A stretch of DNA of 64,000 bases from Octopus sinensis (GCF_006345805.1 NC_043008.1:69068001-69132000); one strand, 5' to 3'; shown: positions 10,273-24,052, numbered from the stretch's first letter. Notes: generated by a model from the letters alone, not told the origin. Translations and numbers: made by a program.

Positions 10273-12829
10273 ATTAAGAGTTCCCAGGAAGCTATGGGAT
10301 GTTACACAAACACTTAGCTCGGGGTGCATTGGTTTTTTTAACAGAACACCAACAACCTAATGGATATGAATACGCAATTCATATTTTGTCATTCATTAAT
10401 TACTATTACGCATTGTGCTCTTCCGACGCTTTATTCTAAAGCGTAAAGTAGATTGAATTCTAACAATTGGGTGTTAGCATCGCTATGCCTAAGCGAAATG
10501 AAAAATTACATATACACGTATCTTCCCCACACGCACAAGCACACACGCTTACATGCATACATACATGCATGTATACATACATACATGTATATATATGTAT
10601 TTATATGTGTGTATATGTATATATATTTATATATATAGTATATATTTATATATTTATATATATATAAAATATATATATTTATATATATATACAATATATA
10701 TATTTATATACATGCAATATACATATTCATATATATGTTTATACATACTATGTTTATATATCCTTTTATATATATACATATATATGTATATATACATACA
10801 CACACATACATACACATACACACGTAAATGCATATATGTATGCATATATACTCACACTGATACAAACATGTACACATACACACATATTGAATATAGAACA
10901 TTTATGCCTTCAATATCGATACTATATTATTTGGTGTTATGTCTTTTTAAAATTTATTGATATTCAAATGTGTAAGTAAACAGGTTTCGAATGCTAAAAT
11001 TATATACTTTGAAATTAAAACATTTAAAAATCTAGAGAAAAAGAAAATGGATGAGTTAGATATTTAAAATCGTTATATAAACATTTCTCTGTTCAATTAT
11101 TGAACAGTTACGATCTATCTGCTGATACTGATAGTTTTTTATTGATTTCACCAAACATTATTTTGCTATATTTATTTCGAAATTGAGCATATTATCGGAC
11201 TAGATCTCATTGGAAACTTTTGGAGGAAAAAAATATTATTTACGCACGTATACGCACTCACACGATCACATACAAACCTATACATACGACTAAGTAGAAT
11301 TTTCGGTGCATTTTCGAAAAGAAATCAGTTTATAGATTGCAAAATTTCAAATGGAATAATCCTAGAGTCCAAGCTATAACAAGCGAAAAAAATCTGTCGT
11401 GATTATTCGTCCAATTACTTTTCCTTCTGTGATACTATATGCCAATCCACGCGTCTAAAAAGTTAGTAACTATCATATATTAGGGTGATACACATACAGA
11501 TATACACGTAAAAACTCGTAGAAACGCTTCCTAAAGCAATGCCACTATTACTGTTATCTACTTCTTGTGGTGTAGTTTCATGTGGATACTTAAACACAAA
11601 AATGTTGAACCGTTATTTCAATATGCAAACAACCATTCGTTCAACATTGTTTACGTGTTTTGATAACATAATGAAAAACCTTTGTCATTTGACAAGCTAT
11701 TGAATTATCAACTCCCAATTACAGATTAAGCAAGCTTGAGACTTTTAGCTGTATACAATACTTGCCAATTCAATGACTTATAAAACTCTTTGTGTCAAAA
11801 TCTAGTGTCGATGCTTCTATGATTTTAAATAGCTGTGAAACGAAGGGAGTTGTATCCTTATAAACGTATGTAGTAACTTTACCACAGCTTCTTTGATTCC
11901 TGTCACTACAAATGATATATTACCGCAAATATATTTCTGTAATTGATATGTTTGTTGCTAGTTGAAACCTTGTTTGTATTTTCTGCATCCAGGTCAAATT
12001 TAGCGCAGTGGCAGGAGTAAAGAGGATAACTCTTGATCGACTTCTGAAGCTTGTCCAGCATCTGCATATTGTATTTTCAAGACAGCAGAATATGAGGCTG
12101 AGTATATGAGGCTCTATCATTCCTGTACTTTTGTTTTATTGATGACAAGTCGCGGAGCATCAAGTTCCTCAAGTGTGATTTTCTGTACGCTGAGGATTCC
12201 GTACATCCCCATAAGGCTTATACGAAATAATTGCCTAATTCCTTGTACCTCTCACACAGCTCGGAAAGGGCATAGAAACAGTTTGTCCTGTTTGCTCCAT
12301 GCTGAGAGAACTATCTTAAACATTACTCGCCGTTTGTTTTTTGACCATGGTCATTAATCATTTTAATATTCTGACCCGTGATCGGTAATGGTGATTTGAT
12401 TGTGATTTATGTTTAATAGCTTTTAAGCATAGAAAACTATTTTTCTTCTTCGTGAACGTCTTCAATGTTGGTGATATTGCTAGCATTCGAGTATTTGTCC
12501 TCTTTATTAGTATTTTCCTTATTCGCATTGCTGCTAACTTGAGATTCCAGCATATCTGTGTTTTTCTGTTTTTACTTTTTAATACGCTTATCTAATAAAT
12601 CTAAGTAAAGACCTTAGGACAAATAGTATATAATAAATCTAAGTAAGGACCTTAGGACAAATAACCTCTTTGTTCTCTATTTATATTATCGATCTCTAGA
12701 CTACATAGATTACCAGATAAACGGCTATGTAATTCTTGTCTGGTAATTGTTCAGCCATAATCCATTCTAGGAGCAACAGGATAATTTCCTTTCTACTTGT
12801 CACCTATATTTTACTGTTTAATTATTATT

Positions 12830-12970
12830 ACATTCTGAGTTCAAATTCCGCCGAAGTCGACTTTGCCTTTCATCTGTTCGTGGTTGATAACTTAAGTACC
12901 AGTTGAACACTGGGGTCGATGTAATCGACTTACTTCCTGCCACCAAGTTCCAGGCCTTGTCTCTGTAATA
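12830..12970 (+). mobile_element. SINE family A, 5'-truncated
   Basis: ctgagttcaaattccgccgaagtcgactttgcctttcatc...ggggtcgatgtaatcgact...ggccttgt. Confidence 0.8.
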
Positions 12971-12974
12971 TCCG

Positions 12975-13570
12975 AATTTGATGTGCAAAGGAGGGACAAT
13001 GATCTTATCTCGCTCAACTAAAGTTTCTTCTAATATGTTGGCAGCTCTACATGGAGCCATATTTGTTCGAGGCGGCCAGACTTTCTTAACATAGTGGTTT
13101 CTACTGGTCTCTACTGTCCCACATGCAAAAGAAGCTTATAACTAGATTGCTGTCCCATGAGACATATAACTAGATTGCTGTCCCGTGGTATAACTAGATT
13201 GCTGACCCATGAGAAAATTCACCATCTTTAAGTCAACACAGATGATCCCCTTATGGTCATGATACAGTATCTTCTCTAAAAACCAACATAATTTCTTCAT
13301 ATTTCTCCTTCAGAGTTGTTGAGTGGTCGAATGGGACAGAGGTATACACATTTCCGTTGTGCAACAATACACATTTCTTCACTTTTATTCGAGAAGCCAA
13401 CAATTCTGCAGAATTTTTTGGGAAGTTCAAGTCATGAACTAGATCATGCAGCTCTGCCTGGGAGAATAGCTGAGGTAAAGTCTCAACTGAAAAGTCTTGA
13501 TATTTAGTGTCATCTTCAGGTGATGAATCTTCTTTGGTTGAGGGTATAGTTATCTGAAGCAAGACATTGA
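12975..13570 (-). mobile_element. Internally deleted DNA-transposon transposase remnant, probably Chapaev3-like (CMC group)
   Basis: PQLFSQAELHDLVHDL..KNSAELLASR|CVLLHNGNVY...LKEKYE, IICVDLKMVNFLMGQQ, CMWDSRD, RDKIIVPPLHIKFG. The family name is from recall only. Confidence 0.7.
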
Positions 13571-13596
13571 AGACAGGAACAGGAAGCTTTCACTGT

Positions 13597-13812
13597 GTGG
13601 AACGGGCAGAATCATTAGCACACCGAGCAAACTGCTTTGAGGAAATTTCGTCCGTCTTTATATATTGAGTTCAAATTCTGCCGAGGTCGACTTTGACTGT
13701 GACCCTCTCGGGATCGATGAAATAAGTACCTGTTGATCACTTCGGTCAATGTAATCAACTAGCCTCAGCCCCCAAATTTCAGGCTTTGTGACTATAGTAG
13801 AAAGGATTATCA
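13597..13812 (+). mobile_element. SINE family A, near full length
   Basis: gggcagaatcattagcac...gagttcaaattctgccgaggtcgactttg...ataagtacc...ccccaaatttcaggc. Confidence 0.85.
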
Positions 13813-13864
13813 TTATTACTATTAGTAGTAGTAGTTGTAGTATTAGAAAACGTTGTGTTTGTTA

Positions 13865-14135
<271 letters not shown>

Positions 14136-14665
14136 ATCTGTATATTTACAAAGCTAAAACTTAATTTAGCAGACTTTCTGAGTTTGCTGTGTCGATACTA
14201 ATTTTCTACGTACTCGCGGGAAAAAATAAATAGTTATAACGTTAGTTATGTAAAGAAATTTCGAGTCAGCGAAAAGGAGAAAATTAGAAAAAGAAAAGAA
14301 GCAAGCACTAAACACGAAAAAAAAAATCGAAGCAAAAAACAAACAAACGTAACCTCAGAACTAAACGACCAATCGGTGAATTCTCTTTCGATATCAAGAA
14401 GTTATATTATCGTATAAAAGTTATAGGAATAACTCTATTACGGTGAAATTTCACTATCACCACAATGCAACAAATTTCCCGTTAGAAAGAAATTTCACTT
14501 TGTTTCTGCCAAATTCGTACCATTGCAAGTGGCCAGAGTGGTAGAGTTGGAGAGCAGAGAAGGATGGGAAACTACTAAGAAATGTTTGGCATAAAAATGA
14601 TCAAGTTCAAGCAAGAAAATAACATTCAAAAAGATGAAAGTCTCCTAAGTCTACAGAACATTACG

Positions 14666-14772
14666 ATAAAACGATAAACGTCGCCCTTTTCAAGCCTAGC
14701 CAGGCTCATGGGCCCGGTTTCCGTGGCGTATGCGCCCCCCCCCCAGCTGGACGGGACGCCAGTCCATCTCAG
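14666..14772 (-). mobile_element. 5'-truncated SINE family C (V-domain-like) with 13-bp TSD
   Basis: ctggacgggacgccagtccatc is shared with 24325-24585; ACAGAACATTACG is duplicated at 14653-14665 and 14773-14785. Confidence 0.75.
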
Positions 14773-15267
14773 ACAGAACATTACGGTGATCTGTAAAGCT
14801 TGTTTAATCTAACTGGAACTCTAGTAGTGGGCTAATGAAATATTGTGCTGAGTGAAGTCTGCATGGGTTAAGTGTTAGTTAGTGACATGTCTCCCTTTAC
14901 GATAATAGACGGTTGCAATGATCTAGATACATATAAGGGATCTCACCCCAGAGAATTTTAGGCTCTTCAGTTTTCCGCTACAAGAAAAAGTGCTCACAAA
15001 AAATTTCGAATCAACAAGTTAGCCGATGATCGATAAGTTCGGTAGCCAAATTCTTGGGGCACCTTCATGTTAACTAGAAAGATTTTCATCCTCTGTAGAC
15101 AGAGTGGACATATTTATGATAATTTGTATTTGTTTCGTGTAAAAATAACATTTAACGTTTTTCTCCCTCCGCCCACCCCCTCTGTAAGTCCTCAAGTAGT
15201 TTGCTACAACATTTTTACGGCACGTTCTCTACTGTACGAGTGAATCCTTGTGGCTGAATGCAGAAAA

Positions 15268-15278
15268 GATTATTATTA

Positions 15279-15359
<81 letters not shown>

Positions 15360-15413
15360 TATTATTATTATTATTATTTATTATTATTATTATTTATTAT
15401 TATTATTATTATA

Positions 15414-15446
<33 letters not shown>

Positions 15447-15470
15447 CATTGTTGTTGTTGTTGTTTGTTA
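15268..15470. repeat. (ATT)n/(GTT)n array
   Basis: Seen directly. Confidence 0.97.
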
Positions 15471-17084
15471 TTATAAGCGTAAATATACCTTACTTTATAA
15501 ACTTGGTAGCGTTCAATGTAACCGACGATTCGAGATATTTATTTAGAATATATGAATAACTTTAAAATACCGTGAGTTATGTTTATCTGCTATCAACACA
15601 TCATTTATCAATATAAATAGAAACCTGTAGTGTGTGATTTAAGAGACAAATAAATTGTAAAATATAGCAGAAAGCTTTACCTCTATGTTTGTGTTTGCTT
15701 TTTTATATTCCCTCTTGCATTACCCCTCTATTAATGTATGATATTATTTATTTCCTCGTCTTTCAATGAAAGATTCTGGCTTAGTCAGTTATTGTACAAT
15801 GTCTCACGTAGCTCGAAGAGCCGAAACTAAAACATGTCCGTCCTAGTTTGCTACATATAAAATATATTTATTTAAACTGCAGTTACGTTTCATTGTCTGG
15901 ATTCTTTTAGATGAATCTATCAGATATTGAAACGGCTACATTTTTTTGTAGCTGTGATCTAACTACCATTTTCATTGGTCACTTCATATTCCTTCTTGGC
16001 AGCAAAGGCATTATGGAGGATGGTATATACTGCTATCATGCTGGATAAGCATAGATGTTGTCGGCTACTACTATTACGCTGACATCACTCCATATTTCCC
16101 CCCTTACCTGATCTCAGGATGTCTACACTCTCTGCAAATGGGAACAGTTTTTCACATAATCTTATTCCTGATGTCTACAACGGCACAGAATTCAATTTTA
16201 CGTCAAGTAGATTTAACTGTTGAGTAATGGCATTACAGTTCTACTTTCAGTAAGGAAGGATAACACTATCTACTATTAGTCACCTTATATTTGAGTTTAA
16301 ATTAACTTTTAGTTTCCAAATATATTTTTCCGCTGTATTTGATGTCTTTAGTCTGCGGTGTAGGTTGGACCAGATATTCTTTTTCCTCTTGATTCTGGTG
16401 TGTTTTATTTTGTATGAAATACAATTTTTCTTTATAACTTTCTCATAAGCAGAATGCCAGTTTAAACGCGGACAACATTCTCAGTGGAGAAAGCGACCAA
16501 TTAGCCACTAGTTCATATACAGAAAATAGAAGAGAATGCAGGGTCTTACGTAAATGATATTTCTCCAAAAACAAAGAAAGGACCAGAAAAATAATAGATG
16601 TAGACTAAATAACACACCAAAGATTGTATCATATAATTAAATTAAATAAATAAAATCTAGAAGATATTAACTCCGAATCTGACAATTGAAGAGAGTAATA
16701 TAACGGAAAAAACACATCATCGGTGTTCTTCGGTTCATCGGATGTCTCAACGTGTTAAAAAAATCACCCCTAGAGTCACCTAATTCAGCATAATAAAATC
16801 ATACTGATTCTACGAGAACTACACACATTAGAAACACAAGGTAAGAAATACAGCCATTTCGAAATAGTGCTGCACAGGGATGAACGATAAGCAATCTCTC
16901 AACACATGACTAGATTAAAGATATATTTATAAAAATTTAATAAATTGCATGAAGGGGTTCAACCTCAGAATAATATCGACCAAACCAACCTACACAAAAC
17001 CGATTTCTCTCACTTCTTGTTTTATACATACCACACACACACACACACTTTATGTATATGTATGTATATGCACACACATATACA

Positions 17085-17138
<54 letters not shown>

Positions 17139-18044
17139 ATATATTCATACATACATACACACACATATATATATATTTATATAATACTTATATTCATGTA
17201 TACATTGACATGTATATTTGTATGTGTGCATATGTGTATATGTGTTAAGTGTGTATGCATAGATTTTTTTTTACTCTTGGTCACATTTTTTTAATGTATT
17301 TTCTTAATTTCATGATTGTATTCAGTGATTTTGTTTGGAAAGACAAAAGGCGAAAAAAACAATAAATAAAAATAAAAGAACAGGAAAGATAATTATATTT
17401 CTAGCAGACTTTCTGACTTGGCTGCGATGATATTAATTTCACCATTTCTATTTTTCTTTCAGAATCTCTAGAATATTTTGATGCCATCTTGCTCCAAGCA
17501 TTTATTAGTCACCAAGAAATATAAAAATAAAAATGAATGCATCGATATAAGTTCTCGTTCTGGGGCACAGGAATGGTGGTAGTGGTGGATAAAAAATTAA
17601 TAGTATCTCTTCAGGCAGAAGTTAATTGGTGCCAGATTTACCAAAGTCACCAATATTGCAGTGTGCCATGATCATGGCACAGTTCGCCTATCTATATGTT
17701 GGCTCCACACCGAAATACATATAATCCATTGTTGTAGTCCGTAGTATCACATCACGTCAATGAATGGTCCTTTACATGATTGCTTGACCTGCTAAAAATA
17801 ACACTGATGTCTCGCCATTAAGTCACGCACCATCACCTTAAAAAATTGAAAAAAACACATTGAATAATGTAATCCTTCGTATATGAATAAAGACAAAATG
17901 ATCGCAGTCATAATTCTTTCAATCATAGATCTGCACAATCGGTCCTGGACTGGGTTTAAACAACAATCACATTGATCGGCGTCGGTGATATTTGAATTTA
18001 GAACGTTATTGATGACACGTAACTATCTATCAATTTTAGCGATA

Positions 18045-18232
18045 GCTTCTGATTTAGGAACAAGGTCAGCAGTTTCGAGGAAAAGGGGTTAGTGGATGCC
18101 ATTGACTCCAATATTTGGCTGAAATTTTATTTTGCCAACGGTGGAAGAGCGTTGAACTCAGAATGTAAAAATCTGGAACAAATCCCTCAAAACATTTTTT
18201 CGGACGCTCTAATGATTCTGCTATCATGTCGT
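18045..18232 (-). mobile_element. Degenerate SINE family A
   Basis: gaacaaggtcagcagttt...ttgaactcagaatgtaaa...ctaatgattctgc. Confidence 0.6.
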
Positions 18233-19310
18233 CTGTCACTATTTTAATACAACCGCACTCAAAAAAAAGAAGAAAAAGAAATCTTCTATAGATTTTGAAG
18301 AATTATTTTACCTATAGTCGATTAAATCGATCTCAGTATGTTACTGCTACATATTTTATGGAATTCAGTATATAGCTGGTACATAGGGGCTTCCGAGGGA
18401 TAGTATAGAATTGTGGTTGTAAAAGGAGTAAGTAAGAGGTCATGTCCAACGCTCTTAAATATGTTGCAGCTTTGCCTGTAAACAATGTTCTAGCCTGCAG
18501 TAGTGTTCTGCTTGTGACATGTTCATACATCAAACTTCAAATAACTTTACCGATATTACGAAATGGAAGACGAAAATCTATGCAGTTATGCATCAAAATA
18601 GAAGCAAAAGTATTTATAAAGTTATAAATATTCACGGTTCCCTTTAATTACTGTTATTGAAGGCAATGTTTTTATGTCAAAAATTGAGTTCGTTTCGAGA
18701 GGTATATGATTTCAGGTTCAATAACAAAGTACAGTACTTAGAGAAAGTCTGTCATACCATTGCTTTAGGCAAGCCTTGTGAATGAATCATTTATCCGACG
18801 GAAACAGTATGGAAGCCCATTTGCTTGGCAGACCAATTCTGAATCTCACTTTGAATGTCTTCATTGGAATTCATTATACAGTTTTTATCCAGGCCAGCCT
18901 GGCCTTCGATGAGAGGATAACTTACTTCCTTCTTCCTGCCAATCCCAGAAGCCTTAAAAAGAAGCATGAACATGACCCTTTTTCTTATGACTAGGGAATT
19001 AAAAATATTCTTAAAAAATAACATCTGTAAATTCTCTTCAAACTAATCCTTTAATCTTAAATTAAACCAGTAAAATAAAAGATCAAAATTTTAATCCGTT
19101 TTAGCGGAATATGAAAAATAGACTGCAAGTGAAAGGTATCAAATTTCTCTACTAAAATCTACTACGTTTGGTATATCAAAGTCTTGACTTGAAATTGTGT
19201 ATTTGGGTGTCACATTAAACGAAATTGAGCACAGTTCCTCGATTTGTCAATAAATGACATAACATCGGATAATACATTTTTCAAACATTGACGCACGACA
19301 TTAAATACTT

Positions 19311-19482
19311 TTCTACTCTAGGTACAAGGCCCAAAATGTTTGGAGAGGGGGCCAGTCGATTAGTACTGTACTTAATTAATCGACTCCGAAAGGATGAAAG
19401 GCAAAGTCGACCTCGCTGGTATTTGAACTCAGAACGTAAAGACTCGCCGACGCGCTAACGTTTCTGCCAGCTCGCCGCCTTA
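19311..19482 (-). mobile_element. SINE family A
   Basis: aaggcaaagtcgacctcg...tttgaactcagaacgtaaagac...ctaacgtttctgccagctcgccgcc. Confidence 0.85.
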
Positions 19483-20877
19483 GACTACCTTAAATACTGA
19501 GGGATATTATAGTTGATTAAATTCGACGATGTCTCGTACTTTATTCTTTCAACTTCAAAAGGATGAAAGACATAGTTGATCTTAATATCTTAATAAAGTA
19601 AAATTAAATAAGATGGAGTGCCTTTCTATCTAGTATGAGAATTGTCTCGCATTTGCTTAGCATTCCGAAAGCCAATTATTTCAGCTCTTAACTGATACTT
19701 CATGCAATTCTTGGGGGACACTATCTGTGAGAGACTGCCATCTTATTTAATGATATTATGGTTTTCGTTGTTGCTTAGACACATGAAAATTCTGAACCAG
19801 AAGACCTTCACGTAAAATCAAGGCGTCCTAACGACGACTATCACATCGATTCAGAGATATTTAGAGTTGCATTACTGAATATATATATAGTATATATGCA
19901 TTTTAAAACGGATGAGTGACCTCGAAAACTATTTCAGTTGGTGTGTCTCATGCTGTCATTTAGTGGGAAAACCCTTACAATTCGTTTAAGGAGCTACATA
20001 TTAGACCCCTTTTTTTGAAAACACGATAAACCTTTCGGTTTGAAAAGACATTTAGCAAATTTAATTTGTAAATTTAAAATATTAAATCCAATTTATAACA
20101 CACGCGCACGCCCCACTCCCCTACACACAATCATTTACTAATGTATTTTGTATTTATTATGAGCATAAATATATTAATATAAATATGTTTATTTTTGTTT
20201 ACTTCAGGGCAATCTTGTATTAGATATCTCAGTAAGAGATGAGATGGAAGGGTCGAGGTCGAGTTGGTGATACTGGTGGTGCTTTTGGTGCTGATGGTGT
20301 ATGAAACAAAATCAAAAATAAATGCAAAAAGTATTTCCTCGAAAAATATCAAAAGTTTATGAACTTTGGAAGGCAATAAATAAATAAATAAATAAAAGGA
20401 ATAAATATAATAAAAAAGTAAAAACCAACAAAAACAACAAAAATTAGTGATATAAAACTTCTCAGGAAGTTGAAATCTAGAATCATCAGATGTCTGCGAG
20501 TAAAAATTTAGTGAGGAATGTGGAGTTGGAAAAGGTCGTCTCAGGCCTGTAGACTCTTCTCTCATCAATCTTTGAAGCGTTCTACGTTCACAATAAACTA
20601 ATATTTGTTTGCTTGTTTAAAAATCTTCTGCTTCTTCTTCTACTTGTTACTGTTGTTGTTGTTGTAGCTGCTGGTAGTGACGTTGTTGCTACTGTGTTGT
20701 TGTTACTGTTGTTGCTGGTGTTTCAACTGCTGCTGCTGCTGCGGCTGCTACTGCTGTTATTGTTGTTTCAATACAGATGTTTGTCGTATGATATTCACGA
20801 AAAGACAACACAGCAATTTCTTTATTTACACTCATACATATACTCGTGCACATATGCACACATGAATATATATGTGC

Positions 20878-20924
<47 letters not shown>

Positions 20925-21042
20925 TATACACATATGTATATACATAAACACTAATGATAAACATCGGTCATAACGAGTTTGTTTGATCTAACTGATCATT
21001 GCTTTTAGAACGAAGATATACAGAGATGTGTGCATGTATATA

Positions 21043-21121
<79 letters not shown>

Positions 21122-21351
21122 GTGTGTATGTGTTTGTATATATTGAGATATATACATATATACACATTTATACGCACGCACACACAATTATACACATATA
21201 CATACATACACACATGCATATATACACACTTACAAATGTAAAGAACACGTTTTGTAATTCGTAACTCTGATTTTAAATATTTGGTTAAACTTGACTTCTC
21301 AAGAGTCAGTGCAATGAGTGTTAAATGTCAATGTTAAATTATTATTTTCAT

Positions 21352-21555
21352 AAGGCGAACTAGCACATCATTAGTGCGTCGAACAAAGTGCTTAGCAGAA
21401 TGCTTCAAGTTTTTTTTTTCTTATTTGGAACTGATATGCCACCGAGGTGAAATTTGTCCTTCATATTTCGATGCTGTCAGAATATAGTACTGTCAAGTTG
21501 ATGTAACCGGCTTCCATTTCTCCTCAAAATTGCTTTGTGCCAAAATTTGAAAGAA
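21352..21555 (+). mobile_element. Highly degenerate SINE family A
   Basis: aaggcgaactagcacatcattag...gccaccgaggtgaaatttgtccttcat...gtgccaaaatttgaaag. Confidence 0.5.
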
Positions 21556-21923
21556 TTATTACCTCCGCCATAGCGAAGGTGGGGGTATTGTTTTCAGTCG
21601 TGTTTGTTTGTTTGTTTGTTTGTCCGTGGACAAGTTGTCTCAAGAACCACTTGATGGATTCGAATGAAACTTTCAGGGATGTTTGGCCTCGTGACTGGCA
21701 CGAACTGATTAGATTTTGGGAACAATCCGGTACCGGACAAGGATTATGGATGTTTTTTTTACTTGAATTTTGAGAGCGGTCGTGTTCATTTTTAGTATTC
21801 TCGTTTGTGAGAGCAGTCGAGTTTATTTCAGATATTTTCATTGTAAAATTCATGTCCGGCTAATCGTTGAGAGGACGGTGGTGTTGCCTTGTCGGAGGTT
21901 TGCGGTCTCTTAGCGCACTTGTT
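21556..21923 (+). mobile_element. Non-autonomous Helentron/DINE-1-like (HINE) element
   Basis: Starts ttattACCTCCGCCA, carries an internal (GTTT)n, has a 3' sub-TIR TGTCGGAGGT (21890-21899, 9/10 match), then a short GC-rich segment and a TT end. Confidence 0.75.
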
Positions 21924-21932
21924 ATACTGTTG

Positions 21933-22019
<87 letters not shown>

Positions 22020-22024
22020 TACTA

Positions 22025-22290
22025 CAACTATTTAGTAGTTTTATTTTTATAGCGTGCTTTCACTTCACTGCCGAGCGCAGCTCTGTGCGCCTTGGGTATG
22101 TGTTGTGATTTGTTGTGATGATCTGATGCTTACTGTATTGAAAGCGTTTTGCGTAGGATGTGTGCAGTGCCCAGTAGTACAATTTTCTGTATGTTATATA
22201 TGTTTATAAGTCCTGATGTTTTTGATATGTATTTGTCTGAATATTTTTTTATCATATCTAATGCGCCTACTATGATAGGAATTGTTTCTG
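22025..22290 (-). mobile_element. R4/Dong-type (RLE) LINE 3' fragment flanked by (TAA)n arrays
   Basis: NLKAETIPIIVGALDMIKK...IQKIVLLGTAHILRKTL* plus 3'UTR; (ATT)n arrays on both sides (21938-22020, 22290-22368). Confidence 0.85.
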
Positions 22291-22297
22291 CTTTTAG

Positions 22298-22367
<70 letters not shown>

Positions 22368-22917
22368 GAGAGAGAGAGAGCAGTTCATGCCATCATTACA
22401 CCTGGTCTGTAATCACCTTTGTGGGAGTATATGGAGACGCGGTAAAGGCAGTTGTAATATTTAGCGATATGTGTTGGACAGGATATGTTGGGCATACAAG
22501 TCCTCATAACCACGTATCACTCTAAGACATAAGAGAACCAGGTTTTTGGTAGGTGCTGGTAGAAAGATGTTGAATCTCAGCATCCAAGATAGACAGAGCA
22601 GCTGCAACAATGTGGGGGCCAGACTTATCAAATAGCTTTCTGTACAGAAGAATCCCAAGAAAGAAAAGCAACAATAGCAAGCCACCGCGTATATCGATTC
22701 TGAAGTGACACTAGACACAACTCTTGCGTCGGCAATTGAAATTGACTCGTCCTCATTATTAAGAGCGGGTAATGATATGCAAAAGCACACTCTTCTCTAT
22801 CCTATCCACAACCAGCAAAAACGGGAGTGTCAATCAGAGCAACAAGTACAACGATTAGTTTCTAACAAGAAGCTCATAGAAGCATCACACCATTTGCTTA
22901 GGAGTTTGTTATTTTAA

Positions 22918-23047
22918 GGCGCAGGCGTGACTATGTGGTAAGCACTTTGCTTCCCAACCATATGGGCAAGCGCCTTCTACTATAACCTTGGGTTGACTAA
23001 GGCCTTGTGGGTGGAATTGGTGGACGAAAACTGAAAGAAACCCGTCG

Positions 23048-23094
<47 letters not shown>

Positions 23095-23552
23095 TTATGT
23101 ACGTATATATTTCGCCATGTTAGATCGCTAGCCATTACACATTCTTTATTTTCTTTCTTTATTTTCTCTCCTTGTTTCTTTTTGTGTTCTTTTCTGTAGA
23201 AGAGCATAGGCTCGAAACGTTAAAGACTTTTTCACTTCCCGAGCGTTATACTAATACATCTGTTTGTGGTCTACACTACCTGTCTTCGTCTTTTGCTTTT
23301 TTTGTGAATTCTCCCTATATATATGTATATATAGATAGGTGTGTGTGTGCTTGTTTTTGTCCACCACCTCTATTGACAACTGGTGTGGCGTGATTACGTC
23401 TACGTAACTTAGCGGTTCGTCTAAAGCTGCGGATAAAATAAGTACCAGGTTTTAAAAAATAGTACTGGGATCGATTGATTCGACTAAAATTCTCCAACGT
23501 GGTGCCCCAACATGGCCGTTGTTTAATGACTGAAACAAAAGATAAAAGATTA
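22918..23552 (+). mobile_element. SINE family B interrupted in its internal (TA)n by a Penelope-derived piece
   Basis: 5' half 22918-23050 (gggcaagcgccttctactata, actgaaagaaacccgtcgtat); 3' half 23326-23552 (taacttagcggttcg, aataagtacc, gtggtgccccaacatggcc, gactgaaac). Confidence 0.8.
23111..23325 (+). mobile_element. Penelope-type terminal-repeat fragment with minimal hammerhead-like motif (second copy)
   Basis: Homologous to 9362-9552; tttt-CTGTAGA-A-GAGC-atag-GCTC-GAAAC-GTT-aaag at 23190-23225. Confidence 0.6.
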
Positions 23553-23896
23553 TTATCTATAGATAGATGTCGTTAGCGGTAATTTTGACACAAAGACAGA
23601 CATTTTGAAGGAAAGGTGTTTAGTTGACTACATCGACACTAGTACTTGATTGCTACTAGATTTTATCAATACAGAAAGGGGTCGATAAAATACAGCATCA
23701 GTTAAGTATTGAAGTCGATGGAAATGAGTAGGCCAGTTAGAACCTCGGACAAAATGTGTCACAGTATTCGGTTTCGGGATCAATAAAATAAAGTACCAGT
23801 CAATTATTGAAGTTGATGATATCGATTAAAGCCCTTCCTACAGAATTACTAGCCTTGTTCTTAAATCAAATAATATTCATAATGATTCTTCCTAAT

Positions 23897-24052
23897 ATAG
23901 GAACGAGACTTCAAAGTTTTGAGAAGAGTGTTGGTACTTATTTTATCGATCCTAAAATGATAAAAAGCAAAGTCGACCCTATCAGAATTAGGACCGGAAG
24001 GAATGCCACTAATCGTTTTGTCTGATGCGATTCTGCCAGCTCGCCGCCTTAA
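23897..24052 (-). mobile_element. SINE family A
   Basis: gtacttattttatcgatcc...aaagcaaagtcgacc...cgattctgccagctcgccgcc. Confidence 0.75.

Noticed and set aside
11920-12560. Possible decayed LINE or transposase frames (MLDKLQK, etc.)
   Set aside because: Similarity is too weak and fragmentary to support a call by eye.
20131-20790. 145-aa minus ORF and an adjacent CAG/GCT-rich tract as a host exon
   Set aside because: The ORF runs through AT-rich low-complexity sequence, the trinucleotide tract has stops in the plausible frames, and there are no convincing splice sites.
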